Source: Octopus sinensis (taxonomy: Eukaryota). From it: 43,256 nt of DNA. The stretch covers positions 1 to 43,256 of the forward strand of contig NW_021835758.1 in assembly GCF_006345805.1 (NCBI RefSeq). Reading direction: 5' to 3'. Below the pieces are notes generated by a model. The model saw only the letters and a program-made list of their open reading frames with translations, was not told the origin of the DNA and did no database searches. The translations under genes were made by a program, and so were the position numbers. Below are positions 22,466 to 35,507 of the stretch, piece after piece (the stretch's first letter is position 1; the number at the start of each line of letters is the position of its first letter).

Positions 22466-22485
22466 CCTATCTCTCTCTCTATATG
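22310..22485. repeat. (TCTA)n microsatellite
   Basis: Direct reading. Confidence 0.9.
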
Positions 22486-22599
22486 TATGTAATATATATA
22501 TATTATATATATATATGTATATTTATGTGTGTATGTGTTTATGTATTGGTAAACGTATAGATGAGTGAATGCGTGTAAGTAATTATAGATGTATTTACG

Positions 22600-24062
22600 T
22601 ATGTATGTATATATGTATGTATGTAGATACGTATGCACCAATGGATGCATCCATGTATGTACATAGGTATGCATATATGCATGGATAAATATATGCGCAT
22701 ATGTGCATACAGGCATGTCCGCGCACGCGCACACACACACGCACACAATATATATGCAGTATATATACTAATAGATAGACCAGATGAAATAGATACAAGG
22801 ACGTGTACACACAAAACTACTCCTATACTTATTTCCATACATACACACATACATACATACGCGCATACTTACATACATACATCACACATTCATGCATACT
22901 TCATACACACACATACATTCATGTATACACACATACAAATATATATATACACACATACATACACACACGCGTGCATACATACATGCAGACATACATACAT
23001 ACACACATATACATACATATATACACATACTTACATACATGCTTACAAACATACACACACGGACACACCACATACATACACACGCGCACGCACACAAAAG
23101 TACATACATACATACATACACACACACATAGATTCATGCATGCTTACATACACACATGCACGCATACGCACACATACATTCATACATGCATACATACACA
23201 CACACGTACGAACACACATACACACACATACGTACGCTCACACATACATACATACAAACATGCGTACATACATCCATATATCATTGCAGACACACACACG
23301 TACCCACACAATACATACACACAGTTGCAGGCATACACATACACTCATACATACATACATTCATACATACATACGCACACACACAGATACATACACACAT
23401 GCACGCATACATACACATGCTCACAAGCATACATACATTCATACATGCATACATACACACACACACGTACGCCTACTCACAGAACGACAAAAACATGCAC
23501 GGATACACACACTTACACACATACATACATACATACATACATACATACATACATACATACATACATACATACACACGTACATTCATACATGCAAACATGC
23601 ACACACACGTACGCACACACACATACACACACACGCACTCATACACATGCATTCACACAAACATACATGCATACATACATACATGCATACATACATATAT
23701 GCATACATACATATACACATACATCCATACATACATAGATGCATACATACATACATACATACATGCATACATGCATGCATATATACACACACACGCATTA
23801 CATACATACATATATAGATGCATACATACATAGATGCATACATACATACATTCATACATACAAAGATACATACATACATGCATGCATACATACATACATA
23901 TACACATATATCCATACATATATAGATGCATACATAGATACATACATAGATACATACATACATACATGCATGCATTCATGTATACATATACACATACATA
24001 CATACATACATACATACATACATACATACATACATACATACATACATACACGCATACACATC
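22600..24062. repeat. ~1.5-kb compound (CATA)/(CA)/(CATG) microsatellite
   Basis: Direct reading; generates the 394-aa and 311-aa His/Thr/Tyr ORFs. Confidence 0.95.
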
Positions 24063-24481
24063 CACACAGTCTCTGTTAAATAGAGCGGACGTGATTAATA
24101 GAAGCGAATATTTGGAAAGTATTAAATCATATTATCTAATTTTATTCCAATTCTTAACTTTTTACAACGCATAACATTCCATACAATTAGTTGCAAGTTA
24201 TGCAAGACCTATCACTATCATTATTATTATTATTATTATAATTATTATTATTATTATTCTTATTCTTCTTATTATTTTAATTGTTATTGTTATTAGAGCG
24301 GGTGTTAACACTTTGCGATGGGTGTAGAGGGCGGGTTGGGAAGATATAACGCTTGAAAAGAGTTTGTTTGTTCGTGCATTTAAGCAGACAGGCAGACAGA
24401 AAAAGAATATGGATTTGAAAGTTATGCAGAGTTGTTCATCAAGATGTATTATGTACGTATGATTGCAATAATGTGTGAGTG

Positions 24482-24519
<38 letters not shown>

Positions 24520-25107
24520 CCTCTCTCTCTCTTTCTCTCTCTCTCTAAATATATATATATATATATTATATATATATAATATATATATTTATATATCGAT
24601 AAGTAGATAGATATTCACGCTATAATATAACGATATAATTTTGTGTATATGTGTTCTTGTGTATGACTATTGGAGCTTGCATGTATGTATATATATATAT
24701 ATATTGTATGTATATTTATGTTTATATACGTGTTTCAGTTCATAGTTGTTAGACACGCATGCGTGTTCTGTAAATGCATTCTATCGGTTACATTCGAGTT
24801 AGTAACAAAAGAAATTTTATCTGTAAACAAATCATATGCGTCTATTTGCATATTTACGCAAATATACTCGTCCATATATACACATGTATATATATATATG
24901 TGTATATACATATATATATATATTTTGTGTGTATATATATATATATATATATATTATATATTATATATATATACTTACTTACATACATATATATGTATGT
25001 ATATGTATGCACATATGTGCATATGTATACTTACAGAAGGATAAAGTTAGCTATGCATATATGTAGCTGTGAGTGTGTGTGTATATGATTTAAAGCATAC
25101 CTATGTT

Positions 25108-25142
<35 letters not shown>

Positions 25143-25317
25143 AAGTGTGTGAGTATGCGTGTGCATGCATATACGTATAAGTGTGTTTGTGTGCCTACGT
25201 ATATACACACATATATATATTTATGTATGTATGTATGCATGTATGTATGTATGTATGTATGTATGTATGTATGTATGTATGTATGTATGTATGTATGTAT
25301 GTATGTATGTATGTATG

Positions 25318-25575
25318 CATGTATGCATGTATGCATATATGAATCTAGTTCTTCATATATATCTATATATAAAATATGATATGAAGTGTAAATGACTTCA
25401 AAGGCTGAGTGTAATAGATACAGCCATTTCAGTTGCAGGAATGCAGCAAATATACAAAAACTCTGTGCAGTGAAATCTGTGTTTTTCTAGTTTACTTAGA
25501 ACAGATCTCAGTTCTTTAACCAGAAATAAACTGCTGGAGTGTCAGGAAGGAACCTTCGCCCTTATGTACAATATG
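25318..25575. repeat. Near-identical ~255-bp duplicate, copy 2
   Basis: Matches 10768-11024. Confidence 0.95.
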
Positions 25576-25697
25576 TGTAATAATACTGCCATGATACTAC
25601 AAACATAATAACGTATTGGCTGTGTACGCAGAAACAATATTCATACATACATGGATAATACATACATACACGCATACAGATGTGTATACACACACAT

Positions 25698-25730
<33 letters not shown>

Positions 25731-25809
25731 AAGCATTAATAATGGTAAGGAGAATGGAGATTTTTCACATCCATAATTCTATATAACAGTTATCCACAGC
25801 ATATTTTCC

Positions 25810-25896
25810 GGACCTACACCTGTTTCAACAGCTCCGATTGCATACGGTTGAATATGCAGCCCTACAATTTTGGTCAGTGCAGTTTTGTCAGGGTCC
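25810..25896 (-). ncRNA. Type I hammerhead-like motif with long stem II
   Basis: GGACC-CTGACAA-AACTGC...GCTGTT-GAAA-CAGGTG-TA-GGTCC; G8 is replaced by A at a CpG. Confidence 0.65.
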
Positions 25897-26087
25897 TTCA
25901 CCCTTGACCGTTTCGAAGTAAAAGTCACGGAATCAATAAACTGAGTGAATATATTGCCCAGTGGGTGGTAGAGGCGCTGCTGTTAATAGTTTTTGGAATT
26001 TTGACCTAGGGTTCTCCTCTACTATCCCTTAAAACTCATTTTTATATATATATATGTATTCATGTATTATATATATATATATAGGTA

Positions 26088-26130
<43 letters not shown>

Positions 26131-26312
26131 TGGGTGTACATATATATATATATATGTAGATTATATAGTTATGTGTTTATATATGTTATATATATGTGTA
26201 TATATCTAGGTATGTGTTTATATATGTATATATATATGTATATATATGTATATAATGTATTATAGTATATGTATATATATATATATTAATATATAAATAT
26301 ATACATATATAG

Positions 26313-26347
<35 letters not shown>

Positions 26348-26460
26348 GTATATATATAGGGTAGTGATTGTTCTTAGGAATATTTTAGAAACTGCTCTGG
26401 CGCGGTGAATTTGAAAAAAATTATAATGTATAACGATGATTATATGTTAGTGTTATAGCG

Positions 26461-26533
26461 CGGTCACTGATGAGAAGTTCGTTTGGCAAATTATTTAATT
26501 GCCAAAAAAACTTTTGAAACCGAGGTCTGATCG
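26461..26533 (+). ncRNA. Type I hammerhead (canonical C3-G8 core)
   Basis: CGGTCA-CTGATGA-[long stem II containing TTTGGCAA/TTGCCAAA]-GAAA-CCGAGG-TC-TGATCG; GUC site at 26525-26527. Confidence 0.8.
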
Positions 26534-26591
26534 GAATAAAATACCAAGGTAAAAGTTTATATTTTGAAGATTGCTCTTAAATGTACACTAT

Positions 26592-26662
<71 letters not shown>

Positions 26663-26908
26663 ACGAAAAGAAAATATAAAATACACGTGGAAATGTAAGT
26701 GTAAAATATGAAAAATCAACGAAAATGCACATTGCAAATAAAAAAAGGCTATTTATGACAGGTAACGACAAATATATCCATTTAGATTGACTGAGGTAGT
26801 AATACGAGTCATAAAAGTCATTATTATGAGATGATTAAAAGATGATAATAAAGTAAGAGAACAAAACGGACCATGGTTTACGCAAAGCTATTCATATATA
26901 TATATATA

Positions 26909-27830
26909 AACTTAGATAAACTTAGATATGTTTCGACCAAAGATTGGTCCAGGCCATGTCTAACTTAATAGCACCACCTGATAGGATTATTCGAAACCTG
27001 TTTAAGTCAAGTTTTGTTTATGGTCCATTCAAGTAGTGAGTTTTTGTTGGGTGAGTTGCATCCAATTATGGGTGGCTTATCTGGTATTCTTTCAAGGAAT
27101 CTATCCAGACTCCGTTTAAAGTTGATGGGATCCTTTTCCTCTTTGATGTCTTTCGGGACAATGTTAAATAGGGCAGGGCCTGTTGAGGAAAAGAAATTAT
27201 GTTGCAGCGTACTTGTATGCTGTGATCTTGAATTGGGCAGGGGACGTATGGCCCGTGGTCCCAGTCTTGGATGAACCTTGAAGCTAATGTTCAGGTCGTT
27301 TGGGCAAAGTTGGCGGTATATTCTCCACATCATACAAATGATGTACCGCTCACGGCGACGCTGGAGAGAGTAGAGTTTTAAGGCTTTAAGGCGATCCCAA
27401 TAATCGAGAGCAGCCATGCCTTCAATTCGTTTAGTGAGTGCCCTCTGGGGTGATTCAATCCTCGATATTTTGTCTTGTATGGGGAGACCACAGTGGGCAG
27501 CAGTATTCGAGGTGTGGCCCGTACAAAGGAGGAGAAAATTGTATGATGACACCTTGTTTCTCTGACCGGAAAGTTCTTAAGATCCAGGAACTCATCCTAC
27601 GAGCTATATCGACCTTCTTGTTGATGTGTGCACTCCAACTGAGATCGTCATCATCACACAATTACACCCGATCTCTGATATTGTTAGAGGCTGTGAGCGG
27701 TTCCCCTGAAGGAAGAGAGTATGGCTGTTTTAGTGAGGAATTTTTTCCAAAATGCATCAGCTCAAATTTTTCCTCATTCAGTTGCATTTTTGTTTCGTCT
27801 GTCCATTGACTCACAGCATATAGATCAGAT

Positions 27831-27835
<5 letters not shown>
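26909..27835 (-). mobile_element. CR1-clade LINE 3' portion, family 3
   Basis: RDLGVI..DDDLSWSAHINK...HLEYCCPLWSP (frameshift) IESPQRALTKRI...YWDRLKALKLYSLQRRRERY...GPALFNIVP; UTR with stem-loop and a 10-bp tandem tail (tatctaagtt). Confidence 0.92.
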
Positions 27836-27878
<43 letters not shown>

Positions 27879-27892
27879 ATATATATATACAC

Positions 27893-27926
<34 letters not shown>

Positions 27927-28149
27927 TACTATATATATATATATATAGTATATATATAGATATATATATATATCTAAAGATATATATCTATATATACACA
28001 TCTGTCATTATATATATATATATAAATAGAATATACACATATAGTTGAATAAGATTCAGGTAAAAGCTTGTAGAATTCTATAGAAACCCCATTTCTTGGT
28101 TAGGAGGCGCATCTCACACCTTGGATGAAATGAATATGATCTCCACTCT

Positions 28150-28210
28150 TCAAGGCAGTGCTCCAGCATGATCACAACCAAATGCCTTAAACAAGTAAAA
28201 GAATAAAAAA
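28150..28210 (+). mobile_element. SINE-B tail remnant
   Basis: aaggcagtgctccagcatgatc...aacaagtaaaagaa. Confidence 0.6.
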
Positions 28211-28234
28211 TATATGTATCTCTCTCTCTCTCTT

Positions 28235-28277
<43 letters not shown>

Positions 28278-28470
28278 ATAATATATTATATATAATATAT
28301 ATTATATATATACATATTTATGTATATATCGGAAATGAATATTATATAGATATTAATATTGTTATTATCATCGAAGGCAATACATATAGCTTATAATAAC
28401 AATATTAATAAAGGCAATTGCAAGCCGAAATCCCCATTATATGGCTATAGAAAATTACAGCACATCTTAA

Positions 28471-28585
28471 CTCTTTGGCTGCTGATTAATACTATTCACA
28501 GTGAGGCTGTCCACAATTTGGCGCTTAACAATTAATGACGCAAGCAAATTTCAACATGGCGGACTGGGAAGATGTTTTTAAAGGG
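28471..28585. mobile_element. Possible piggyBac-type MITE
   Basis: TTAA-CTCTTT ... AAAGGG-TTAA; the TIR is short and imperfect. Confidence 0.3.
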
Positions 28586-29050
28586 TTAAGATGTGCTGAA
28601 AAAGATAAGACCTTTGTATCAGGCCAGAAACCGGTTCACATAAATACCTGTTCCATTAGATGCATAGCTTTATTCTATACAGGTATGTGAGTGGTGTTTT
28701 ACGGTTCGCTCGCCCTATATACTATTGAATCTGTTATTTTCTGTCTAAATATTATTTGCTGGTCCAAATGACGGTTCTAACTCTTATTTCTAGCGGGTAG
28801 ACACATTAATGTGTCCTTATGGCTAATGTAATTTTACTTATATGGCTGTATGTATGTATATGTGTGTGTGTGTGAGAGGGAGAGAGAGAGAGAGTGTGTG
28901 TGTGTGTGCGTGTGTGTGTGCATGTGAGTGTGTGCGTCTATGTGTATGTGTGTGTGTGTGTGAGTGAGTGTGTGTGTGTGTGAGGGTGTGTGTTTGTGCG
29001 TGCATATCATACCGACAGTTGTCTCAGAGTCAACATTCGCTCATTCATAG

Positions 29051-29081
<31 letters not shown>

Positions 29082-29884
29082 TGCACGCTTATTATATACG
29101 TACGTAGTCACCCAGGAGAACAATATGGGTATTAAAAGTAATGTGTGTTTGTATGTATGTATATATATATATATATATATACATATATTTATATGTATGT
29201 GTGTGTGTACGAGAAAGTGTATTTGTAAAGCTATATATAGATATACATAGATACATATATGTTTGTATATCTTTACAGATACAAAATTTCACGCGCACAT
29301 ATCTAATTAAGGAAAACCCTGTTACTGTTTGCAGTTGCTCATGCGCATTGGCTCCCTGCCTCTCCCACCATGCCGCTCCTTTCATATATACATTCCTATT
29401 CAATCCTGTCATCTTTGACCACCAACCAATCAATCACACAGAAGCCATCACATCAAAGTATTTCCTCAGATCTTTGTAATATTTCATATTTCACCATTTT
29501 GTTTAGGTTTCACGACACAGTTAATTAGTCATTGTCATTTTGCACAATTCCATCATTTTTCTGTCGTTTATCAAGTCTTACATAAGCTCACAATGGGTTT
29601 GGCCGGGTTTGATCTCAGAACAGTGACGCATTGAAGTATATGGCTATCGGAGAACAACTTGTTGAAAGCACATACATATACACACACAAGCACAAACGTG
29701 CACATATTCACACACGTACACTTACATGCACACACGTACGCAGAAATGTACGCAGAGGTACACGGAAGCACAATTACCCATTGATGGGTAACAGTTTGGA
29801 GGAGGAGAACTCAATACTAAGACACAGTGCAAATACTAAGAACTCCGGACCAACTTAAATACATGTGTGTGTGAGTGTGTGTAT

Positions 29885-30020
29885 GTTAATTAATTTAAGT
29901 TAAGTTAATTTTTTTGGTTCAAAAAGCAAAAAGCAAGGCCATGTAGGGGGACATGGAGTTATGTAGAGGGTGATGTTCATGCAAAGAGTTCAGGCCATTT
30001 CTGATCAAGAGAGACTTTGA
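29885..30020 (-). mobile_element. CR1 family-1 3' end, (TTAAC)n subfamily
   Basis: Reverse complement of the 14405-14584 type. Confidence 0.88.
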
Positions 30021-30287
30021 ACCGAGCGGTCGTTGGCATCGTGTGCGTGTGTGTGTGTTGTGTGTGTGTGTGTGTACAGACATATCAAAAGTAAATAGAC
30101 CTCATGATTTTTTTTTTTTTTCTGTTTGTAGATATTTCTAGAAACAAAGCAATGTTTTTTTGATTCATGTAAATATTAAATCCAGGCTTGAATAAAGACA
30201 TTTTCTGAAAGTTTTAATGATTTACACCGTTTTGGGCATCGTACTCATGCGTAGTGTCCGCAGAGAGGAATCGGTATAATGAAGTCA

Positions 30288-30520
30288 ATAGGCGGCGAGC
30301 TGGCAGAAGCGTTAGCACCCCGGGCGAAATGCGTTGCCGTATTTCGTCTGCCGTTACGTTCTGAGTTCAAATCCGCCAAGGTCGACTTTGCCTTTCATCC
30401 TTTCGGGGTCGATAAATTAAGTACCAGTTATGCACTGGGATCGATGTAATCGACTTAATCCGTTTGTCTGTCCTTGTTTGTCTCCTCTGTGTTTAGCCCC
30501 TTGTGGGTAGTAAAGAAATA
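30288..30520 (+). mobile_element. Full-length SINE-A with a 15-bp TSD
   Basis: TSD ggtataatga(a/g)gtca at 30273-30287 and 30521-30535; B-box-like gttctgagttcaaatcc. Confidence 0.92.
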
Positions 30521-30551
30521 GGTATAATGAGGTCATCCAGATACTTCTGAG

Positions 30552-30856
30552 CAATGGCGGACTGGGTCAAAAATTATTGGTTGCAAGGAGATTAAGGGGG
30601 CCCACCCGCAACTACAAGTGGTCCATCCGGAACTACAATGCTTTCATTTATTTTTTTCTTTGTTAAAAATATTCATTTCAACTGTCTACAGCCAAGTTCA
30701 AATAATTAATGCATTCTTCCAGGAGTGAATAAAATATTCTCAAACTTGAATGGATGGGCCCCTTAAATACTAACATGGGCCCCCGTGTATGGATTCTGAT
30801 GGCGTAGGGATCCACTTGCCATCGGGCAAGCTGGCAACCTGGCCAATCCGCCACTG
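30552..30856. mobile_element. hAT-type MITE
   Basis: TIRs CAATGGCGGA / TCCGCCACTG; perfect 8-bp TSD CTTCTGAG at 30544 and 30857. Confidence 0.9.
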
Positions 30857-30949
30857 CTTCTGAGGTATGTGTGTGTGTGTGTGCGTGAAGACCCCCTTCG
30901 GTCATACACACACAGGTACAACCATCACCAACACTTCTACCAGTAATAC

Positions 30950-31358
30950 CTATTTCTTTACTACTCACAAGGGGCTAAACACAGAGGGGGACAAACAAGG
31001 ACAGATAAACGAATTAAGTCGCTTATATCGACCCCAGTGCGTAACTGGTACTTAATTTATCGACCCCGAAAGGATGAAAGGCAAAGTCGACCTCGGCGGA
31101 ATTGAACTCAGAAGTACGGCAGGCGAAATACCTATTTCTTATTGCCCACAAGGGGCTAAACATAGAGGGACAAACAAGACAGACAAAGTTATTAAGTCGA
31201 TTACATCGATCCCACTGCGTAACTGGTACTTAATTTATCGACCCCGAAAGGATGAAAGGCAAAGTCGACCTCGGCGGAATTTGAACTCAGAAGTAGCGGC
31301 AGACGAAATACCGCAAAGCATTTCGCCCGACGTGCTAACGTTTCTGCCAGCTCGCCGC
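30950..31358 (-). mobile_element. SINE-A head-body-body dimer
   Basis: 13-bp TSD ctaccagtaatac (30937, 31359) flanks the whole dimer; internal junction gaaataggtat|ttcg. Confidence 0.9.
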
Positions 31359-31413
31359 CTACCAGTAATACAACCACCAATACCATCACCTCAACTACTA
31401 CAACAACAACACA

Positions 31414-31452
<39 letters not shown>

Positions 31453-31699
31453 GCTGTTCATCCGGTAATGATGAAATGCGATAAACAAATGAATGAATGC
31501 AATAAGATGAAATTACCTTCTAGTTACCACTCCGAAGTAATTTGAAGTTGGTTTCCTCTTCTTCCAACCCCGCTAAACTGAGATCAAGTTACCTCGACTC
31601 AAAGGAAAGCCGGGTTAACCTGGATCGCTTACCGGGGTCAAAGTGGCCTTCTATATTACGAAGCTGGTATATATTATTTTACATTAATTTTTATCTTTT

Positions 31700-32045
31700 G
31701 TTTGTCTCAGTCATCTGACTGCGGCCATGCTGTAGCACGGCCTTCGGGTGGTTTGTAGTGGAAGGAATAGAGGCGTAAACAAAACCAATACCGGTTGTTA
31801 AGCGGTAGTGGGGGACAAATACGAACATAAAGACAAACACGCACACACACACACACACACATGCACACACACACACACACACACACACTCACGCACACTC
31901 ACGCACATCAGTTTCCGTCTACAAATCCACTCACAAGGCTTTAGTTGACACGAGGCTATAGTAGAAGACATGCCATGCCATGCAGTGAGGCTGAACCCGG
32001 AACCATTTAGTTGGGAAGCAAGCTTCTTACCACATGGCCGACGCG
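31700..32045 (-). mobile_element. Diverged SINE-B
   Basis: Head, internal CA tract and catggccgcag tail, all in reverse orientation. Confidence 0.8.
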
Positions 32046-32075
32046 TGTGCCGATATATATATATATATATATATA

Positions 32076-32249
<174 letters not shown>

Positions 32250-32265
32250 TATATAATATATATTA

Positions 32266-32514
32266 CGGAGATGTACTCGCATAGCAAGTAATTTGATCTG
32301 AGATCGTGTTCTGAAACGAAAACAATTGCAGCGTGGAAGGTGTTTATAAGCCATTTAAGAAACACACAAAAGCCGTTCGATTCACTGTGAACAGGTCGCG
32401 GATTTTAGCGACGAAAATATTTTGACAAATTAAACTTAAATGTTGATGATGAATGAATCGAACTTTTGTGTGTTTCTTAAATGGCTTATAAACACCTTCC
32501 ACGCTGCAATTGTT
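32266..32514. mobile_element. Penelope-like pLTR remnant with an internal inversion
   Basis: Inverted arms 32321-32386 / 32454-32514; flanked by TA tracts. Confidence 0.75.
32387..32429 (+). ncRNA. Hammerhead, G3-C8 core variant (5' strand of stem I lost)
   Basis: GTGAACA-G-GTCGC-GGATTTTA-GCGAC-GAAA-ATAT-TT-TGACAAA; AATATT palindrome. Confidence 0.65.
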
Positions 32515-32515
32515 G

Positions 32516-32558
<43 letters not shown>

Positions 32559-33573
32559 CAAAATGGACAGAACGCAAAACATTCAAATAGACGATACAAA
32601 AAACACGGACGGGTCATTCGAAGCCTCTAATCTTCAGTCAAGAACCGGATCATCCTCGCAATTTCGGCTGATTAATCTTCAGATTACTCCAATCTGGCCA
32701 GCCCCAAGGAAAAACTAAGCTACGAGTATTAGATTTCTTGGAAAAAGTATCGAATGTATACGAAACAGGGACAGAAAAACGGACGATGTTACACGAATAT
32801 AAATACAAAAAAACAATAATAATAATAATAATATATATATATATATATATATCGTTGATATTATGCAAAAGTATCGTAAGTCCAAAATGTTGCTTTATCA
32901 GAAAACTAAAAATTAGTTTCACCATTCCATAGCCAAACCATTGCACTAAACCATGACAATTTTTGATACCTTGGCATCTGAAGCAGCTGGAGATACGACA
33001 GTTTAACATAATAGCAACGGTATGCACTGGCCAAAATAAGTTTAAGACTGATGACGACAGTTCTATTCCTTCATTAATATATTTCTAACAAAACTGTATA
33101 AAGTTATTTTACTTTTATGAAGAATTCTTTTCTCTTTCGAATGACAGGCGTTATAGATCTTTCTACATTTCGAATAATTTTAAGTCACAATTAATTGAAA
33201 TTAGAAATTGTCGGCAAAATAAGTTTAAGGCCATTCCTAGATTATGTTGTTTAAATTGAAAATTTACGGCACAAATGATCAACGAACAAAAATTTATTAT
33301 TAGTATCTAGTTCCATAGCCATTATTTTCAATTACAGCCTTACAACGGCGGGACATGGAGTTCAAGAAATAAGCACAAAAATCACTTGGAATGATCTGCC
33401 ATATTTCTTCAATAAAATTATATAATTGGGACAAATTTTTTGGTGTTTTTAGCAAGAACCCTTTTAGAAACATAATTCCATAAGCTTTCTATCGGATTCA
33501 AATCCGGGTTCTGTGGAGCCACTCAATAACCACCATATTATTTTGGCCAGTGTCTGTCTGTCTGTCTGTCTGT

Positions 33574-33637
<64 letters not shown>

Positions 33638-33837
33638 ATAATATATATATATAAATAGATGAGTGTATTTTTACCTTGTTAACAATTAACACGGAAAAAT
33701 AAATAAATAGTTACCAGGGCAGCAAAAATCTCACAAGTAAAGGTGTTGTAACTCCTTGTTTATAAAGGTAGAAACTTCGTGTTTACGTTGAAACATGTGT
33801 CGAAAGTAAAAATATTTGATTACACCTGCGTTAACTC

Positions 33838-33881
<44 letters not shown>

Positions 33882-34277
33882 AAAAATATATTTATGTGTG
33901 TGTATGTGTATATTTATGTATGCATAAATACGTGTGTGTTTGTATATATGAACGTATTTCCCACTGTATCAGTATGTCTGCGTGTATCTCTTTCCCGTCG
34001 CCGGGGCTGTTTGTGCTGTCCCGCATTTCTATCTAAATATAAACACTTAAAAAATATTTGTGCTGTCTGCCTAACGAATTTCTAACAGGAAAATCATTGC
34101 ATGTCTGTATAACACGTAATTCCTATTAGCAAATGAAACGTGTGTAATGGTGAGTAAAAAATATCAAAAAAAATTCAATTTCCTCTTTTGTTATGCAATA
34201 CCTCTGTAAATAATATTCCCAAATTCTCAATTTTGATATGCATCTTGACTAACAATTTTGATATGCATTTTGACTTG

Positions 34278-34590
34278 GAGGCGCAATGGCCCAGTGGTTA
34301 GGGCAGCGGACTCGCGGTCGGAGGATCGCGGTTTCGATTCCCAGACCGGACGTTATGTGTTTATTGAGCGAAAGCACCTAAAGCTCCACAAGGCTCCGGC
34401 AGGGGGTGGTGGCGACCCCTGTTGTACTCTTTCGCCCCAACTTTCTCTCACCCTCTCTTCCTGTTTCTTAAGTAACGCTGCGATGGACTGGCGTCCCGTC
34501 CAGCTAGGGGGAACACATACGCCACAGAAACCGGGAAACCGGGCCCATGAGACTAGCTAGGCTTCAAAATGGCGCATAAATAAAAAAAAA
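34278..34590 (+). mobile_element. SINE-C, tail type 2
   Basis: Same head and body as 16917-16720, then gcgatggactggcgtcccgtccag... and an A-rich end. Confidence 0.88.
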
Positions 34591-34974
34591 TAAATAAAAT
34601 TTTGACTAACACACAGCGGTAAACTTCCTCCCCGCACAGCCTCACCGAATCCAGAAAGTTGAAAGGTAAAGTCGATGCTGATTGTGATCGCCACAAGTAT
34701 TTCTGGCTCTCTGCTGAGTTTAGGAAACCATATCGATTTAATCCTCTATGTGAGTACTTCACTTTCGTGCTGACTTTTTTCTCTCATGAACCTGAAAATT
34801 AAAAGACGGACGCCATATTTGGCTGTGCCGGTCATTTTGAAAATTCTGCATATAGTAAGTATTGTCTGGAGTCCCAATGACTCATAGGAGCGGTTATCCA
34901 GTTTCATTGGCGCATAACTGACCAAGAACACATCATTCCCCTGAACGAAACGCCAGTCCGACGCATGGTTATTC

Positions 34975-35090
34975 ATTTATAGCTGTATTGAATGGAGCAA
35001 CGAGATATTAAGTTCTTGCTTAAGTGCCCGGTCCTGTTATCGAAACCATGACCTTACAACACCCTAACCTCTAGGCCAGACGCCTTCACC
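34975..35090 (-). mobile_element. Degraded tRNA-head SINE (SINE-D)
   Basis: ggcgtctggcctagaggttagggtg...ggtttcgat...ggaccgggc...agcaagaacttaat...ttgctcc. Confidence 0.5.
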
Positions 35091-35455
35091 TGAAAATTGT
35101 ATAATACTCAATATTTTGTAAATAATACAAGAGAACATTTTACTTCTGTTTTTGTACTTGGTTTGTAACAACCAGTGCGTGTGTTTATTTTGAATTTATT
35201 GGCACAATGACCCTCCCAACGCACAGCAAGATATGTGAGAAACTTACAAATGTGGGGACCAAATGTTAAGGAACATATTAAACATGTGTAAGGTGAGAGT
35301 ATTACGTTACTGCAATTATTTAATGAATATCATTATTGTTGAATATTTGCAGCTCGGTAGTAAAGTTATAAAAGCGAAAAATTTGAAGTACTTTTCTCTT
35401 TTGTCTTAAAAATTACCAAATATGCTGCCGCACCTCCTGCAATACACACACACAC

Positions 35456-35507
<52 letters not shown>

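Noticed and set aside
22633-23817. 394-aa ORF and overlapping long ORFs
   Set aside because: Translation of a (CATA)/(CA) microsatellite that lacks stop codons; no protein features.
26915-26960. GACCAA-TCT-TTGGTC-GAAAC as a hammerhead (minus)
   Set aside because: No core upstream; better explained as the CR1 family-3 3' UTR stem-loop.
32600-32700. Two CTGAAGA strings with nearby GAAA/GAAT (minus)
   Set aside because: No consistent three-stem fold in any register.
33045-33110. CTGATGA-C-GACAGTT…AACTGT
   Set aside because: GAAA and stem III/stem I are missing.
34283-34345. tRNA-like sequences at SINE heads (also 16860-16917)
   Set aside because: No complete cloverleaf or acceptor stem; they continue into SINE bodies.
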